A DNA stretch of 61,458 bases, filler included, from Hausera hauseri (Eukaryota): NCBI GenBank assembly GCA_046269625.1. It is 11 parts of 11 records of this genome, joined end to end, with 100 filler letters (N's around TTAATTAATTAA, not from the genome) between each part and the next. Parts side by side here need not be neighbours in the genome. Positions count along the whole stretch, not along the records: positions 57,369 to 61,458 come from JBJURY010768874.1; 10 more parts are not named here. The stretch is one strand, 5' to 3'. Of the stretch, positions 60,282 through 61,458 are shown piece after piece (position 1 is the stretch's first letter; every line of letters begins with the position of its first letter). The position numbers and the translations under genes were made by a program. Under the pieces are notes generated by a model. That model saw nothing but the letters and a program-made list of their open reading frames with translations, did no database searches and was not told the DNA's origin.

Positions 60282-61458
60282 TTATAACAGTTTAGCATAT
60301 GAGTGTAGTTTGTCTTTGAATGTGCTGTAGCTGCAAGATTTAATCTGCTTTGGTAAATTGTTCCAGGCAATGGCAAAAGAATAACTGAAACAGATACGAA
60401 ATAGATCAGTTCTTGGTCTTGTTATGTTTATAATTTGATCGTTTCGTGTTGAGTACAGACAGTGTTTTATTTGGAAGAATGTTTCTAAATAGGACAGCGT
60501 TTTTTTAATCCAGTAATTGATAGACGTATATACGATCTCGATAGTAGAAGAACTTGTTGACAAGTAGGGTATTTAGTACGGAAAACATGTGTGTGCTTTC
60601 CATGCTTTTTTCTAAGCAAATCAGACGCATCTTCCTCTTTTGGACACACTCAAGCCTCTTCAAGGCAGTAGAATTTCCTCGACTCCAAATACTGGAACAA
60701 TAGGAGAGGTGGCTTTGTATATGCACATGATAGAATGCTAATCTAGAGTTAAGGCATAGGAAGTGCTTGATTTTGGATAGCTGGTAAAATTTTTGTGCAA
60801 TTTGCTTTGCCGTGTAGAAGATATGTGTCTTCCAGCTTAAAGTCTGGTCTATGATGCCACCTAATAATGAATGTTTGGAAACTTGTTCAATATGTTCTCT
60901 TTCTAACGTGACTGACAATTCAGTAGACCGGCAGTTTTGAAGTGTTTGCCTTGTAGATATTATTAATGATTTAGTCTTTGCAATATTGATGAAAATTTGG
61001 TGACTATGCACCATCGGTATAACAAACTTTAGTGGTGTTGTAGAAGAGACTCTAGTAGAGATAGACCGGTAGCTATTCATCTCACCAGGTGGTTTGTCTC
61101 TTTTGAGTATGGGTATGATGTTGGCTGTTTTCCATCCTGTAGGTGCGGTGCCCTGTCTCCATGTTTTGTTGATAAAACGTATGATTGTCTGTGATCCTTT
61201 CTTACCAAGCTTGAGTAACATTTCATTGGTGATGTGCTTTGACCCTAGTGCTTTTTTGAGTTTCATCTTGTTGAGACTGGACTTAAATTCACATGTAGTT
61301 AATTCATCATAAAAGGTGCTATTATTGGCTTTCTGTGTTTTCATCATGCGATTGGTAAGGGGTTTGATGGCTTTGTCCAGCTTCGGTCTTTTACATTTCT
61401 TGTTGATATCAGAAAAGAATGTATTCAATGCTTGGGCTTTCTATTTGTCTGTGCTGGC
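60282..61458 (-). mobile_element. Non-LTR retrotransposon (LINE) RT fragments, chimeric or internally deleted
   Basis: KKALGSKHITNEMLLKLG...WKTANIIPILK..SYRSIS joined to INIAKTKSLII...LLGGIIDQTLSWKTHI...SHLSYCSSIWS...AWNNLP; the YADD core is missing. Confidence 0.82.

Overview
Eukaryotic (animal) DNA made of 11 contigs joined by ten identical artificial 100-nt spacers (N44-TTAATTAATTAA-N44), so adjacency across spacers is not biological evidence. The window is mostly decayed mobile DNA. It holds several Ty3/Gypsy LTR retrotransposons; two overlapping pieces of one Polinton/adintovirus-like family (pPolB, rve integrase, packaging ATPase, two penton-like genes, dUTPase, DEDD-like, RING and a TATA-binding-protein-like gene); a further pPolB relic; and piggyBac, mariner, THAP-type, SINE and LINE fragments. 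Degenerate copies of host genes are interleaved: CDC5L, TDRD9/spindle-E, a COG3::Smaug in-frame chimera and a truncated protocadherin, plus an open PIM-like kinase ORF. The most unusual observations are: (1) a Polinton encoding a TBP-like protein, with TATA motifs before its genes; (2) a Gypsy element with a chuvirus/gB-type glycoprotein directly upstream of protease-RT; (3) a pol-less LTR element whose Gag reads on into a ubiquitin-like domain and an AT-hook; (4) the COG3::Smaug chimera; (5) a hairpin-rich terminal repeat found twice, each time interrupting a Polinton gene. All family assignments are by-eye motif recognition; no searches were run.
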